A stretch of DNA of 64,000 nt, taken from Myxococcota bacterium (GTDB lineage: Bacteria > Myxococcota_A > UBA9160 > UBA6930). A program made the translations under genes and the position numbers. This document shows, piece by piece, positions 1 through 9,471 of the stretch (its first letter is position 1; each line of letters begins with the position of its first letter). The stretch spans positions 1,664,001 through 1,728,000 of the forward strand of contig OZ245015.1 in the NCBI GenBank assembly GCA_965223705.1, written 5' to 3'. The notes under the pieces were generated by a model that was given only the letters and a program-made list of their open reading frames with translations, was not told where the DNA came from and did no database searches.

Positions 1-1
1 C

Positions 2-568
2 AATGGCGAACCGATCCCCATCGTCGCGGTCACCGCCCACGCCATGCGACATGACCGCGAAGCGTGCTTTGCCGCAGGAATGACCGCCTACTTGAGCAAG
101 CCCTTCGGACGCGCGGAGTTGGCGGAGGTGTTGCGGCCCATCGCCGATCGGCGGCGGGAGGCGGCGGCGCAACCGGAACCGGAGTCGGCGCGCGAGGCGG
201 GCCCCGCACCGATTCTCGACGCGCGCCAACTCGAAATGCTGGCGCGGCTCCCGAAGAAAGACCCCGAAAAGTTCTTGCGGCATCTCATAAAGAGCTACCG
301 CTCGTCGAGTGAAAAGCTGCTGGGACAGATCGATGAGGCCTGGGACGCCCGCGATTTCGAAGGCGTTTTCAGGGCCGCGCATCAGCTCAAATCGAGTAGC
401 GCACAGCTCGGCCTGAGGGAGACCAGCGAAATGGCTGCCGTCTTGGAGAAAGAAGCCCGCGCCGAGGAGGACGGGCTACTCGAAGAACGCATCGACCACC
501 TCGCCGCCGCGATTGCGCGAGCCAACGACGCGCTCGCGCGCGTTCGCATTGGAGGCCGCACGGTATGA
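2..568 (+). CDS. C-terminal part (receiver + Hpt) of a hybrid sensor kinase/response regulator, 5' truncated by the window
   Basis: Frame is open from base 2: IPIVAVTAHAM...AGMTAYLSKPF (receiver end), then Hpt motif AHQLKSSSAQLG; stop overlaps the next ATG. Confidence 0.85.
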   Translation, partial: NGEPIPIVAVTAHAMRHDREACFAAGMTAYLSKPFGRAELAEVLRPIADRRREAAAQPEPESAREAGPAPILDARQLEMLARLPKKDPEKFLRHLIKSYRSSSEKLLGQIDEAWDARDFEGVFRAAHQLKSSSAQLGLRETSEMAAVLEKEARAEEDGLLEERIDHLAAAIARANDALARVRIGGRTV

Positions 569-2685
569 GCACGCCGACTCGCCGCCCGTTAGCCCTCGTC
601 GTCGATGACGATCCGATTCTCCGGACCGTCGGAAGCGAGGCTTTGGAAGCGCTCGGGTTCGCGATCGAGGAAGCCGAGTCGGGCGAGGATGCCCTGCGAG
701 CCGTCGCCGAACGGACGCCGGACTTCGTACTCCTCGACGTCAATCTACCCGGACGCGACGGCTTCGCCGTGTGCCGCGCGATGCGGCGCAAGTCCGAGCT
801 CGCGGAAGTCCCGATTGTGGTCGTTACCGGAGCTTCCGAAGCCGAGGTGATCGATCGCGCGTTCGATTCCGGTGCGACGGATTTTGTCCACAAACCCCTC
901 GATTGGCAGTTGATCCAGCACCGTGTGCGCTTCTTGATGCGCGCGAACAGCGCGTTCAAGGATTTGCGAGACCGACAGCTCGAGCTCGAACGAACCCGCG
1001 AGCTCGGTGGGCTCGGCTCTTGGGAGCTCAACGCCACGACCCAAGAGTTCGGCGTCAGCCCGGAACTCCAACTACTGCTCGGCCTGGACGACACATCTTC
1101 GAGTTGGCAACCGTTCTACGCGGCGATCGAGCGAGAAGATCGCGCCGCGTTCGAAAAGCTCATCCGCACCGTTCGCGAAACCGGACAGCGAGGAACGCTC
1201 GAACATCGCGTGATCGTCGGCGAATCCGAAGTTCGCCACGTCGAGCACACCGTCGAGCTCGCTTCTGCGCCAACGGGCGAGCGGCGCTTCCAGGGCACCG
1301 TGCGAGACGTCACGGAGCGGCGACGCGCCCAGGATCAGGTCGAGTTCCTCGAAGATTTCGATTCCGTTACCACGCTTCCGAACCGGAATCTGCTGCGCCG
1401 TCGCTTGGAGCGGTTAGTGGAGCGGAGCGATCGCGGAAGGGGATCGATCATTGTGCTGTGCGTCGGCCTCGACCGCTTCGAGCGCGTGAACCGCGGCCTC
1501 GGGCTGCAAGCTGGAGACGCACTTCTCCGGGCCGTCGCCACGCGTTTGGTCGAGTCGGTCCGCGTCACGGATTTCATCGGGCGCGCGTCCGGACCTCCCG
1601 AGATCTCGCGGCAGGGCGGCGACGAGTTCACCATCGTCATCGGCGGAGGGGAGCTTTCCGGCGAACTCAACGTCGCCGTCAACCGGATCCTGCGTGTGTT
1701 CCAGAGCCCCTTCGACATCGACGGTCGTCGCGTGCCCGTGAGCGCGAGCATCGGAGTGTCGCGCTATCCCGAAGACGGCGACAGTGTCGATGCGCTCCTC
1801 GGCAGCGCCGCCGCAGCCATGGTGCGCGCCAAGAAAGCCGGAGGAGGGCGTTACCACTTCTTCGACCCCGGCGCCGATCGCGCCGCGAAGAACGAGCTCG
1901 CCGTAGAATCCGACTTCACGCGTGCGATCGAGCGGAACGAGTTGTTTCTCGAGTATCAGCCCGTGTGCGACGCCCGAGACGGCTCGCTCGTATCCGTCGA
2001 AGCGCTCGTGCGCTGGAACCACCCGACCCGCGGCAGGCTCGGACCGATGGATTTCGTGCCCACCGTCGAGTCGAGCGGGCAGGCCACCGCACTCGGAAAC
2101 TGGGTCCTGCGCGAAGGCTGTCGCCAGCTGCGTGAGTGGGACCAACAAGGCCTCGAAGGCCTATCGCTCAACGTCAATGTCTCACCACAACAGTTCGTCG
2201 GCGGCGACCTCGGAACCTTCGTGCAGAAAATCCTCGCCGATACCGGCTTCGATCCGAACCGACTCGAGATCGAGCTCACCGAGACCTCCCTCGTCGGCGA
2301 CGGCGACGAAGTCGAAACCGCGTGCCAGACGCTCCGGACCTTGGGTGTCGGCTTGGCCCTCGACGACTTCGGCACCGGGTTTTCGTCACTCAGTCACCTC
2401 ATCCGCTTCCAGATCGACACACTTAAAATCGACCGCAGCTTCGTCAGTCGACTCGAAGAAGGCGGGACCGCGGCCGCTGTCACCGCGGCGGTGATCGCCA
2501 TGGCGCGGCGCCTCGGTATCACCGTCGTTGCGGAAGGCGTCGAAACCGATGCGCAGGCTCGGTTTCTCAAAGCGGAGCGCTGCGAACGGCTGCAGGGCTA
2601 CTTGCTGAGCCGACCGCTCTTGCCGGAGCAGCTGCTTGACTGGGCGCAGGAGCGGAGCGGGGAGCCTACTCCGAAGGCGGACTAG
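565..2685 (+). CDS. REC-PAS-GGDEF-EAL diguanylate cyclase/phosphodiesterase response regulator
   Basis: N-terminal VVDDD...LLDVNLPGRDG receiver; SRQGGDEF; EALVRW and DDFGTG motifs. Confidence 0.92.
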   Translation: MSTPTRRPLALVVDDDPILRTVGSEALEALGFAIEEAESGEDALRAVAERTPDFVLLDVNLPGRDGFAVCRAMRRKSELAEVPIVVVTGASEAEVIDRAFDSGATDFVHKPLDWQLIQHRVRFLMRANSAFKDLRDRQLELERTRELGGLGSWELNATTQEFGVSPELQLLLGLDDTSSSWQPFYAAIEREDRAAFEKLIRTVRETGQRGTLEHRVIVGESEVRHVEHTVELASAPTGERRFQGTVRDVTERRRAQDQVEFLEDFDSVTTLPNRNLLRRRLERLVERSDRGRGSIIVLCVGLDRFERVNRGLGLQAGDALLRAVATRLVESVRVTDFIGRASGPPEISRQGGDEFTIVIGGGELSGELNVAVNRILRVFQSPFDIDGRRVPVSASIGVSRYPEDGDSVDALLGSAAAAMVRAKKAGGGRYHFFDPGADRAAKNELAVESDFTRAIERNELFLEYQPVCDARDGSLVSVEALVRWNHPTRGRLGPMDFVPTVESSGQATALGNWVLREGCRQLREWDQQGLEGLSLNVNVSPQQFVGGDLGTFVQKILADTGFDPNRLEIELTETSLVGDGDEVETACQTLRTLGVGLALDDFGTGFSSLSHLIRFQIDTLKIDRSFVSRLEEGGTAAAVTAAVIAMARRLGITVVAEGVETDAQARFLKAERCERLQGYLLSRPLLPEQLLDWAQERSGEPTPKAD

Positions 2686-3229
2686 CGAGCGGAACGCTCT
2701 GGGCCAGCGAATAATCGATCGCGGCTTGGAGCTTGTTCTCGATCTGGAAGTAGCGAAGTAGCTTCGGCCCGGGAAGGACGGACTCGAATCGCGCGAGATA
2801 TCGGCTGCGCAACCCGATCCGATCGCGTCGAATCGCCAGAAACTCCTCGATCATCGCAACCGCGCGTAGGCCTTCCGGATCTTCCTTCTCGAAACCGAAC
2901 GTCTCGACCAGCTTGACCAGCCGATCGTTGATCCCTCGCAGTTCATGGAGTTGCCGGTCGTAGATCGGCCAGAACTCCGCAGCTTCCTTTGAAGACAGGT
3001 GAAGGTTTTCCGCGACGATCGCCCGATGGTTCTCCGCGATCGCCGCGCGCTCGAGCGCCACGCGTCGTTCGATGTCGGCGTCCGGATCCGACATCGCACC
3101 GACCGAACCCTCGATACGCTTGTGCGTGTCAGGGAAGGCTTCGCCTACCGATTGAGCCAACGCCGCGGGTGCGGCGAGAAGTACGGCCAGCCCGAGGCAA
3201 GAAAGTTCGAGTCGCATCGCCCGAAGCAT
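2666..3229 (-). CDS. Exported hypothetical helical protein
   Basis: Signal-like N-terminus (LGLAVLLAAPAALA), helical body with FWPIY motif. Confidence 0.7.
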   Translation of the reverse strand: MLRAMRLELSCLGLAVLLAAPAALAQSVGEAFPDTHKRIEGSVGAMSDPDADIERRVALERAAIAENHRAIVAENLHLSSKEAAEFWPIYDRQLHELRGINDRLVKLVETFGFEKEDPEGLRAVAMIEEFLAIRRDRIGLRSRYLARFESVLPGPKLLRYFQIENKLQAAIDYSLAQSVPLASPPSE

Positions 3230-3252
3230 TATTCTTCGGGAGGGAGATCGCC

Positions 3253-3894
3253 ATGGCCCTCAAGCTCACCGAGTTCTTTTTCCGAAAGCCCGGGATGACG
3301 GCAGACGCCTTTCTCGACCACTGGCAGAAGCAGCACACCGGGGTCGTGTCCGCCATCGAGGGCCTCCGCCGCTACGTGCAAAACCCGGCCGCCGGGCTCT
3401 TAGTAGGGAGACCCAACCCCTTCGACGGCATGGTGGAAGTCTGGTTCGACGATTTCGCCGCCATCGAAGCGCTTCAGCAAAGCGACTATTGGGAGACCAT
3501 CGTCGAAGACGAACTTCGCTTCGTCGACCGGCCGACCATGCAATTGTTCTTCTCAGAGGAGCCCCTACCCGAGCGGTATGACCCCGGATACAAACAAGTC
3601 TTCCTGCTCGACCCAGCGGAGGGTATTTCGCTCGGGGCCTTCCGCGGCGAAGCCACGCGCGCGGTCGAGACATCGGCGCTCGATGGCCTGCGCGGCATCC
3701 AGCGCCAGCTGCCCGTATCAATCCCGGGCAACCCGCCAGCCTGCGCCGGCGCCGTCGAGATCTGGCGCTTCGAGAGCCTCACCGCCCTCGAAGCCGGGAT
3801 GAAGAGCCCCGGCGCGCGCGCCTTATGCGAAGCGCGCGAAACCTGGGCGGTCGCTCGAGAACCGCATACGGCCGAGGAGCGGGTGATCCGATAA
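3253..3894 (+). CDS. EthD-family protein
   Basis: RKPGMTADAFLDHWQKQH...LRRYVQN...FDGMVEVWF; GGAGGGAG RBS before ATG 3253. Confidence 0.82.
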   Translation: MALKLTEFFFRKPGMTADAFLDHWQKQHTGVVSAIEGLRRYVQNPAAGLLVGRPNPFDGMVEVWFDDFAAIEALQQSDYWETIVEDELRFVDRPTMQLFFSEEPLPERYDPGYKQVFLLDPAEGISLGAFRGEATRAVETSALDGLRGIQRQLPVSIPGNPPACAGAVEIWRFESLTALEAGMKSPGARALCEARETWAVAREPHTAEERVIR

Positions 3895-3987
3895 GGGAGA
3901 TCCGCGAGCGGCGCCTATATATAGGGGCAGAAGCGGCGGAAAGGGTTTCTCCGAAGCCCCCGAATTTGCTAGCTTGCTCGCTCCCGC

Positions 3988-4064
3988 GGGGCGGTAGTTC
4001 AATTGGTTAGAGCACTGGCCTGTCACGCCAGAAGTTGCGGGTTCGAGTCCCGTCCGCCCCGCCA
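3988..4064 (+). tRNA. tRNA-Asp (GTC)
   Basis: Acceptor stem GGGGCGG/CCGCCCC, anticodon arm CTGGC-CT-GTC-AC-GCCAG, T-loop GTTCGAGTC, encoded G-CCA end; 77 nt. Confidence 0.98.
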
Positions 4065-4067
4065 TTT
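4042..4067 (+). repeat. att site, tRNA-proximal copy of a 26-bp direct repeat
   Basis: TTCGAGTCCCGTCCGCCCCGCCATTT, identical to 27120-27145. Confidence 0.95.
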
Positions 4068-4125
4068 CCTTAGCAAATCCGGATAGTTAGAGTCGAACGC
4101 TAGCGCTCGCCGAAGACGCGGGGAC

Positions 4126-7100
4126 TCACATGAAGAGCCGGTAGTCGTAGGCCCTGGTGCCGAACCGCTCGAGCAAAGAACCGATACGCGCGATCTGCCC
4201 GGACGATTCCACGGTTGCGGGTAGCTTCGTATACAGGTCGAAGGTATTCCAGTTCATCTTCGAGAGCCCCAGGATCTCCGAGCACGCGAGGTTGAGGTCG
4301 GACTTGCCGGCATGCCTCTTCAGGACTAACGGGGCGGGGATCCGCCGCTTGCCCTGGTAGTACTTGAAGCGGGGGTTGAGGGCCGTCGCGACCCCATGCA
4401 CCCAGAGGAGAGCTGTGTGCCCGTCGAGTCGGACCACGCTCCCTCGATCGACCGGGAAGTTGTCTTCGTCGAACTGCCCTCCGGGCTTCGCGATCGACGA
4501 TACGTACCGAAGCGCGGGGTCAATGTTGATCTCCAGCATGTCAACTTCGTCGATCCCGCCGAGGCCCTCCATCAAACCGTCGCGCTCGTCGCGCTGGAAA
4601 GGACTCCGCTTGTGGAGCACCACGCGCTCGGGGAGCCGCATCCTCGCCTCGTAGAACAACTGGCGAATGGTCTCCCCGACACGGCGCGCGTCGTCCCGGG
4701 ACAGGAATGGGTTCCCGCCACGGAAGATCGGATCCTCGACCTTGGTGAGCCTATATTGCAACCCCTCTCCGCGGGAGTTGTAGATGTGACTGCAACCCAA
4801 GACGACGTGGCGGCCGCGCTCTGAGTTTTGATCGATGCTGTAGCCGAGCCCCACGAACGCCGTGTTGCTATCGAGGACGTCGAGGACCCAGGGCGTTCGC
4901 ATGCTCTTCACGTAGAGCGCGAGGGATAGCCACCACCAGACCCGACACTGCTGGGGCTCGCGCAGCGTGTGTCCCTCGAGGAACTGCGTCGTGATTCCCC
5001 GCGGAACACAATAGGCCTTCACGAAATCGTGGACGTCGAATCGCTCGCTTTCGGTCCTGAACCGCTTCCACTGGTCAAGGCGATCTGGGACGTACACGAG
5101 CACGACGCTGGGGTCTGACGACGCCTGGATCGCATCCAACGCCTGGGTGATGCTCCGCGCCAGCTCGACAGACCCGGTTCGGGGATGGGTGCCCTGTCCT
5201 GGGACCGAGTACGAGCGCCAGCCCGGCGACCCCGGAGTTGGGAGTTCCAGCGGGAGGCTGAACGCGGCGTCGAAGCCAGGGAAGTCGAGCAGGTAGTCGC
5301 GTTCGTTGCTGAGGGGTGTGTGCCGCCGGTGTGACCGCTGGACGAACTCACTCAGCACCTGCGTCTCCGGTTCCGGGCAGATGACACCCAGCCGAACGCT
5401 CGGGGCGAGGCCGCGCTCCGTGATCGAGTAGTCATACGGCCGATTCTGGGCGACTCCGCGGATCGGGTGGAAATCTCGCACCGCGGTGGTGCCATCCTTG
5501 CTGGCGAAGATGAGCTGGGGCTCCTCCAGCTCGAAGCCGTGGTGCGCGACATGCCGAGCGACACTTTCGGGGATCCGTGCGGCCCCGCCTCCGGAGCGAG
5601 CGAGCAGGGCCGCGAAGATTGGGGTGCGTCGGATCTCGAACGTGAAGGGCGTCTGAGAGCCGGTGGGGTAGTGAAACTTCCTGCGCTTGTCCGAAAACAG
5701 TCGGCGTCGCCACCCCTCTACTGCGCGATTGAACTTGTTGTTGTGCTGCCAGCCGAGCACCGCCATGCGGACTCGGCGCTCCACCTCCTCAGGAGCCTCG
5801 CTCCCGTCCGCGGCTTTCACGGTGACGGAAGGTTTGACGACGAGGTACTGCTTGCCCCCGATGCGCCTCAGGTAGAGCACCGCGGAATTGTGAACCGACC
5901 ACTCGCGCTCGCCCTCCCACCGCTTCTCCTGAGGAGCGGGGTCCCAGAGTCGGGCGCGTCCGTCGGTTTCGAGGCCCGCGGTGCTCGCGATCGACCTCGC
6001 GAGAGCCCGCCTAAGCAACGACACGATGGTGCCGGTCTCCAGCCGAAGGTCGCTCTCTCCGATCGGCGTCCGCTCCACCGAACCCTTGATGAGCCCGTCG
6101 AAGGCCGCGCGAATCGAGTCGACGTCTCCCATACACGCAATTCGCCCTCGGAACGGAATGGCGACCAGGTCGTGGCCCTCTGTCTTCCCTTCTACCCACG
6201 CCCACGCGCGCTCCTCCGGCCATTCCGTCGGTTCGAACTCGTAGACCTCCGACGGGCACCGGATCTCGAAGGCGTTGCTCTTGATCAGTGACCCCGCCCC
6301 CACTGGCTCGGCAGTGAAAGGCTCCCTCTCCTGCGCTTGCTCGATGGCTTCTACCGCCTTAACGCGGATTCCCTCGTTCGCTTCGCCATCCAGGCAGCGA
6401 AGCGCGAGGCGCGAGAGGAGATCGTCGAAGCCCTGCGTAGGAACTAGAAACGCGGAGCGCCCATTTCGACGAGCCGACTCGATCAGCTCCAGGACTCGCG
6501 GCGGGACATCTTCGTCTCCGTAGACGCACCAGTAGATGGCGCCGAGCCCAGGAGCGGAATAGGCCGCTTCGAGGGTGTCCATCACCGAGTCGTCGCGTCC
6601 GCTGTAGCCTGCGACGATGAGGGGCCGGTCCGTGATCCACTCCACGAGCGACGAGCGCAATTTCTCATCCTGGTGTTGAAGTTCTGATGGAGTGTTTCGA
6701 AGGTGGTCGTAGCGATAGTCGCCGTGGAGAGCGACACAAAGCAACTCCCCGGAGCGCACCCGACGCGGCAGTCGCCCGCGTGTGTCGAGCCCGACCTCGA
6801 TGGCAGAGAGGCTGAAGTCCGCGGCGGCTCGCACGGGGAGCTGGTCGAAGTTGGTACTCCACGCCGAGTCAACGATCCCAGCTTCTGCTAGCGCGCAGAG
6901 TGCCTTGTAACCGATGTGCGGGCGCGCCGGCTGTATCACCCTCTGGAACCAAGCGCGTCTGTCCTCGGTGACGGGGAAGCACTGCTCGATGTAGAACCCG
7001 TACTCCTCGGACGACTCCAGCACGGGGAACCCGCCGCGTCGATCCAGCCAGCGCTGGATCTCTTGGCGCACCGCGGGCAGCGAGAGCTCGGAGAACTGCG

Positions 7101-7287
7101 CCTCGAGGCCAGGGTTGTTACTCAGGAAGATTTCTCGCTTCCACTCCCAGACGCAGCGGTCCGCGGACGGAACGCCCGAGGTGATGGAGGTTCCAGCACC
7201 GAGGAAGAACGCGTGAGGCGTGTCGCGGTTTACCGCGACGGAGCGAACGAGCGCGTCGAGCGAGAGCGAGATCGCAGGTTCGTCCAC
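4126..7287 (-). CDS. SIR2-APAZ-short prokaryotic Argonaute fusion (single-chain SPARSA-type NADase defence protein)
   Basis: SIR2 motifs FLGAGTSITSGVP, STNFD, LHGDY, GYSGRD; MID motif HDFVK...TQ...YVK; PIWI C-terminus LSKMNWNT...LPATV...YDYRLFM; no DEDX tetrad (GLG where D is expected). AGGAGG lies 9 nt before GTG 7287; the ORF is open to 7308. Confidence 0.93.
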   Translation of the reverse strand: MDEPAISLSLDALVRSVAVNRDTPHAFFLGAGTSITSGVPSADRCVWEWKREIFLSNNPGLEAQFSELSLPAVRQEIQRWLDRRGGFPVLESSEEYGFYIEQCFPVTEDRRAWFQRVIQPARPHIGYKALCALAEAGIVDSAWSTNFDQLPVRAAADFSLSAIEVGLDTRGRLPRRVRSGELLCVALHGDYRYDHLRNTPSELQHQDEKLRSSLVEWITDRPLIVAGYSGRDDSVMDTLEAAYSAPGLGAIYWCVYGDEDVPPRVLELIESARRNGRSAFLVPTQGFDDLLSRLALRCLDGEANEGIRVKAVEAIEQAQEREPFTAEPVGAGSLIKSNAFEIRCPSEVYEFEPTEWPEERAWAWVEGKTEGHDLVAIPFRGRIACMGDVDSIRAAFDGLIKGSVERTPIGESDLRLETGTIVSLLRRALARSIASTAGLETDGRARLWDPAPQEKRWEGEREWSVHNSAVLYLRRIGGKQYLVVKPSVTVKAADGSEAPEEVERRVRMAVLGWQHNNKFNRAVEGWRRRLFSDKRRKFHYPTGSQTPFTFEIRRTPIFAALLARSGGGAARIPESVARHVAHHGFELEEPQLIFASKDGTTAVRDFHPIRGVAQNRPYDYSITERGLAPSVRLGVICPEPETQVLSEFVQRSHRRHTPLSNERDYLLDFPGFDAAFSLPLELPTPGSPGWRSYSVPGQGTHPRTGSVELARSITQALDAIQASSDPSVVLVYVPDRLDQWKRFRTESERFDVHDFVKAYCVPRGITTQFLEGHTLREPQQCRVWWWLSLALYVKSMRTPWVLDVLDSNTAFVGLGYSIDQNSERGRHVVLGCSHIYNSRGEGLQYRLTKVEDPIFRGGNPFLSRDDARRVGETIRQLFYEARMRLPERVVLHKRSPFQRDERDGLMEGLGGIDEVDMLEINIDPALRYVSSIAKPGGQFDEDNFPVDRGSVVRLDGHTALLWVHGVATALNPRFKYYQGKRRIPAPLVLKRHAGKSDLNLACSEILGLSKMNWNTFDLYTKLPATVESSGQIARIGSLLERFGTRAYDYRLFM

Positions 7288-7483
7288 GGATCGAATCCTC
7301 CTGACCACCGGCGACGGGTGCCGGCACGGTTTGGAGTTCTAGGCTCGGAGGACGACCCGAGGGGGGAGTTCAGGCCAAACAGCTAGTCTACCGAACGGGG
7401 TACGCCGACGACATCCAGCCTCCCGCGAGGTGCGTCGCAGGCACCCCCGGTCGTCCCTGTATCGTCCTTCCTAACACGAGCAA

Positions 7484-9034
7484 TTACTCCGCCCCAACGT
7501 CGTCAAGTAGGCGGTGCAGATCGCGCACCTTTTCGGTGAGCGTCTCGATCTGATCGCCGAAGGCCTTGCGCATGATCTCGGCTCTCTTGAGGATCTTCTC
7601 GCTGCCGCTCTTGATCGTTTCCGCTGAGCGGGTCACCTCGTCGAGGCCGCGCGCCTGCTTCTCGATCTCAAGGATGGCGCGCTCGATCGCATCGAAGTCG
7701 GCCGCTTCGGCATCGCTGCGCGCACGTCCGCGTGCGCAGAGCGCCCGCGCTACCGACACGCCAGCGACGAGGACCACGTCGCTTCGGGTATCCTCAGCAT
7801 CCCACACCAGAACGACATCGTTCCCGTAGCGTCCGAGAGGCTCGAGACCTTCAGGAGCACTACACGCCGAGAAGACGAAGAGCCCGACCGTCGCATCGCG
7901 GTTCTTGCGCGCTTCCTCAGCCTCAGCGAGAGCCTTCTGGAGGGTGTACGACGCGTCCTCCTTTGCTTCGGTTACGATCCGCGCCCCGGCCGCAGCGTGC
8001 TCGGGGCCGAGCTCGATAACTGCGTCTCCCTTCTTGCAGTTTTTGATTCGACCGGTGGTGTTGCCGGTGGGCGTGGCGATATCACCTGCTCTCTGGCTGA
8101 GGCTGTTGAGCTGCTCGAACACCGCATGTTCGAAGTCGTCGCCATGGCGCGTCGAGCGCGCGGCCTCCTGCTTTCGCGCGACCATCTCCGCGAGCTTCCC
8201 TAGCACCTCGCCGTGGAAACGCTCGTTCGCCTGCCGCTGGGTATCGATCACCTCGAGAAGCTCACGCTTCATGCGCGCGAGCGCGGAGCCCTCGTCGTCG
8301 AGGGAGAACTCGCTGCTGATTTGGTGCTGCGCCTGCTCGACGCGGCCCACCAGGCGCGAGAGTGCTGAGTCTTCTCGATCGAGCGAGAACTCAGCCATCA
8401 CCTCGCCGATCCGTTTTTCGAGCGCCTCGCTCACCTCGCCGTGGTGCTCAGCTAGCTCCACGACGAGGCGAGAGAGGGCGCCCTCCTTGTTGTCGAGGGA
8501 AAACTCGGAGAGGATCCGCTCGCGCTGCTCGCCCAGCGTCTTCTCCACGGAGACGGCCAGCGATCCGACGAGCCCCTCGGAAGCCTCGGGATCGAGGAGC
8601 TGCATGAGGGGGCTGTGTTCGCCCAAGTGGCCCGCGAGGGTCTGGGCCAGCTCCGATCCTTCGCTGCCGATCTGGCTGCGCAGCAGCCGCTCGAGCTCAC
8701 CGTCCCGCCGGATCAGGCGCTCGACCCGTTCGTTGAATCGGCCGCTTTTAGGATCGAAGTACCCCTTGAGGCAGGTCCCGATCTGCTCTGCGACGGTACG
8801 CTGGTGATGAGACAGCGCCTGGCCAAGGTTCTCGAGTAGGCGATCGCCTTCGGCGCGCACGCGCTCGGCGTCGATTCGGCCTTGCGCCTGGGTAAGCGCG
8901 AGCGCCCCGATCTTCATCGAGGCGATAGCGAAGTCGTGGCGCTCGCGGCCATCCGGATGGGGCTCGAGGGCGGCGCACAGGTCGCGGTCGGAGACGATGA
9001 GCTGGAGCTCGATGCTGTCGATATGGGCGCTCAT
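7484..9034 (-). CDS. Coiled-coil/internal-repeat protein with a C-terminal PD-(D/E)xK-like domain (RmuC/DUF2130-like architecture)
   Basis: RBS AGAAAGGA before ATG 9034; three EFSLDxxxxALxR repeats; HGDDFE...KGDAVI...VTEAKED. Confidence 0.7.
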   Translation of the reverse strand: MSAHIDSIELQLIVSDRDLCAALEPHPDGRERHDFAIASMKIGALALTQAQGRIDAERVRAEGDRLLENLGQALSHHQRTVAEQIGTCLKGYFDPKSGRFNERVERLIRRDGELERLLRSQIGSEGSELAQTLAGHLGEHSPLMQLLDPEASEGLVGSLAVSVEKTLGEQRERILSEFSLDNKEGALSRLVVELAEHHGEVSEALEKRIGEVMAEFSLDREDSALSRLVGRVEQAQHQISSEFSLDDEGSALARMKRELLEVIDTQRQANERFHGEVLGKLAEMVARKQEAARSTRHGDDFEHAVFEQLNSLSQRAGDIATPTGNTTGRIKNCKKGDAVIELGPEHAAAGARIVTEAKEDASYTLQKALAEAEEARKNRDATVGLFVFSACSAPEGLEPLGRYGNDVVLVWDAEDTRSDVVLVAGVSVARALCARGRARSDAEAADFDAIERAILEIEKQARGLDEVTRSAETIKSGSEKILKRAEIMRKAFGDQIETLTEKVRDLHRLLDDVGAE

Positions 9035-9067
9035 GGTGGTGTCCTTTCTCGTTCTCGCCCGAGAATT

Positions 9068-9083
9068 TGCAATGCCTGTGCCA
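9068..9083 (-). promoter_or_regulatory. sigma54 (-24/-12) promoter
   Basis: Minus strand TGGCAC-AGGCA-TTGCA, an exact TGGCAC-N5-TTGCW match ~35 nt upstream of the 9034 start. Confidence 0.85.
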
Positions 9084-9202
9084 CCCAACGCGCCTGTCCG
9101 GAGCGTAGAGAAAATCGCTTTTAATATGGTTAGTTATGAGATTGCCGGATCCTCGCGGCCACTCAAACTATCGACCCGGTCACCCGATATCTTGTTGGAT
9201 AA

Positions 9203-9216
9203 ATAAGATTTCTTAT
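9203..9216. promoter_or_regulatory. Candidate upstream activating sequence (palindrome)
   Basis: ATAAGA-TT-TCTTAT in an AT-rich patch ~120 bp upstream of the sigma54 promoter, flanked by two GATATC sites. Confidence 0.55.
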
Positions 9217-9471
9217 GAAATAGATATCGTCGCAGTCGTCGGCGACAGTCACGCGCGTCCCCAGCCAGCTTCGCGCCCCGGCTGCCCAAGCGACGGAGCA
9301 GTCCGAACGAGTCGGAACGACGATCTCGTACTTGGGCCGGGGGCGCGCGTGGCCCGAGGGTCGGTCTGTCGATGCCCTGGTCGTACCTTCGATGAGGCCA
9401 GAGTCGAATGGGGATCTCAATGACCTCGGCTAGCGGAGAAACCGCATAGCGAGGGCGGACATTGGCATCGG

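Noticed and set aside
3823..4065. 80-aa minus-strand ORF (MAGRTGLEPATSGVTG...)
   Set aside because: It is the antisense translation of tRNA-Asp.
4126..7308. Catalytically active long pAgo
   Set aside because: No DEDX tetrad; the SIR2 N-terminus and HKQK-type MID indicate a short pAgo fusion.
7309..7483. A third sigma54 promoter directly before the pAgo gene
   Set aside because: GGCAC words are present but none has TTGC at the required spacing.
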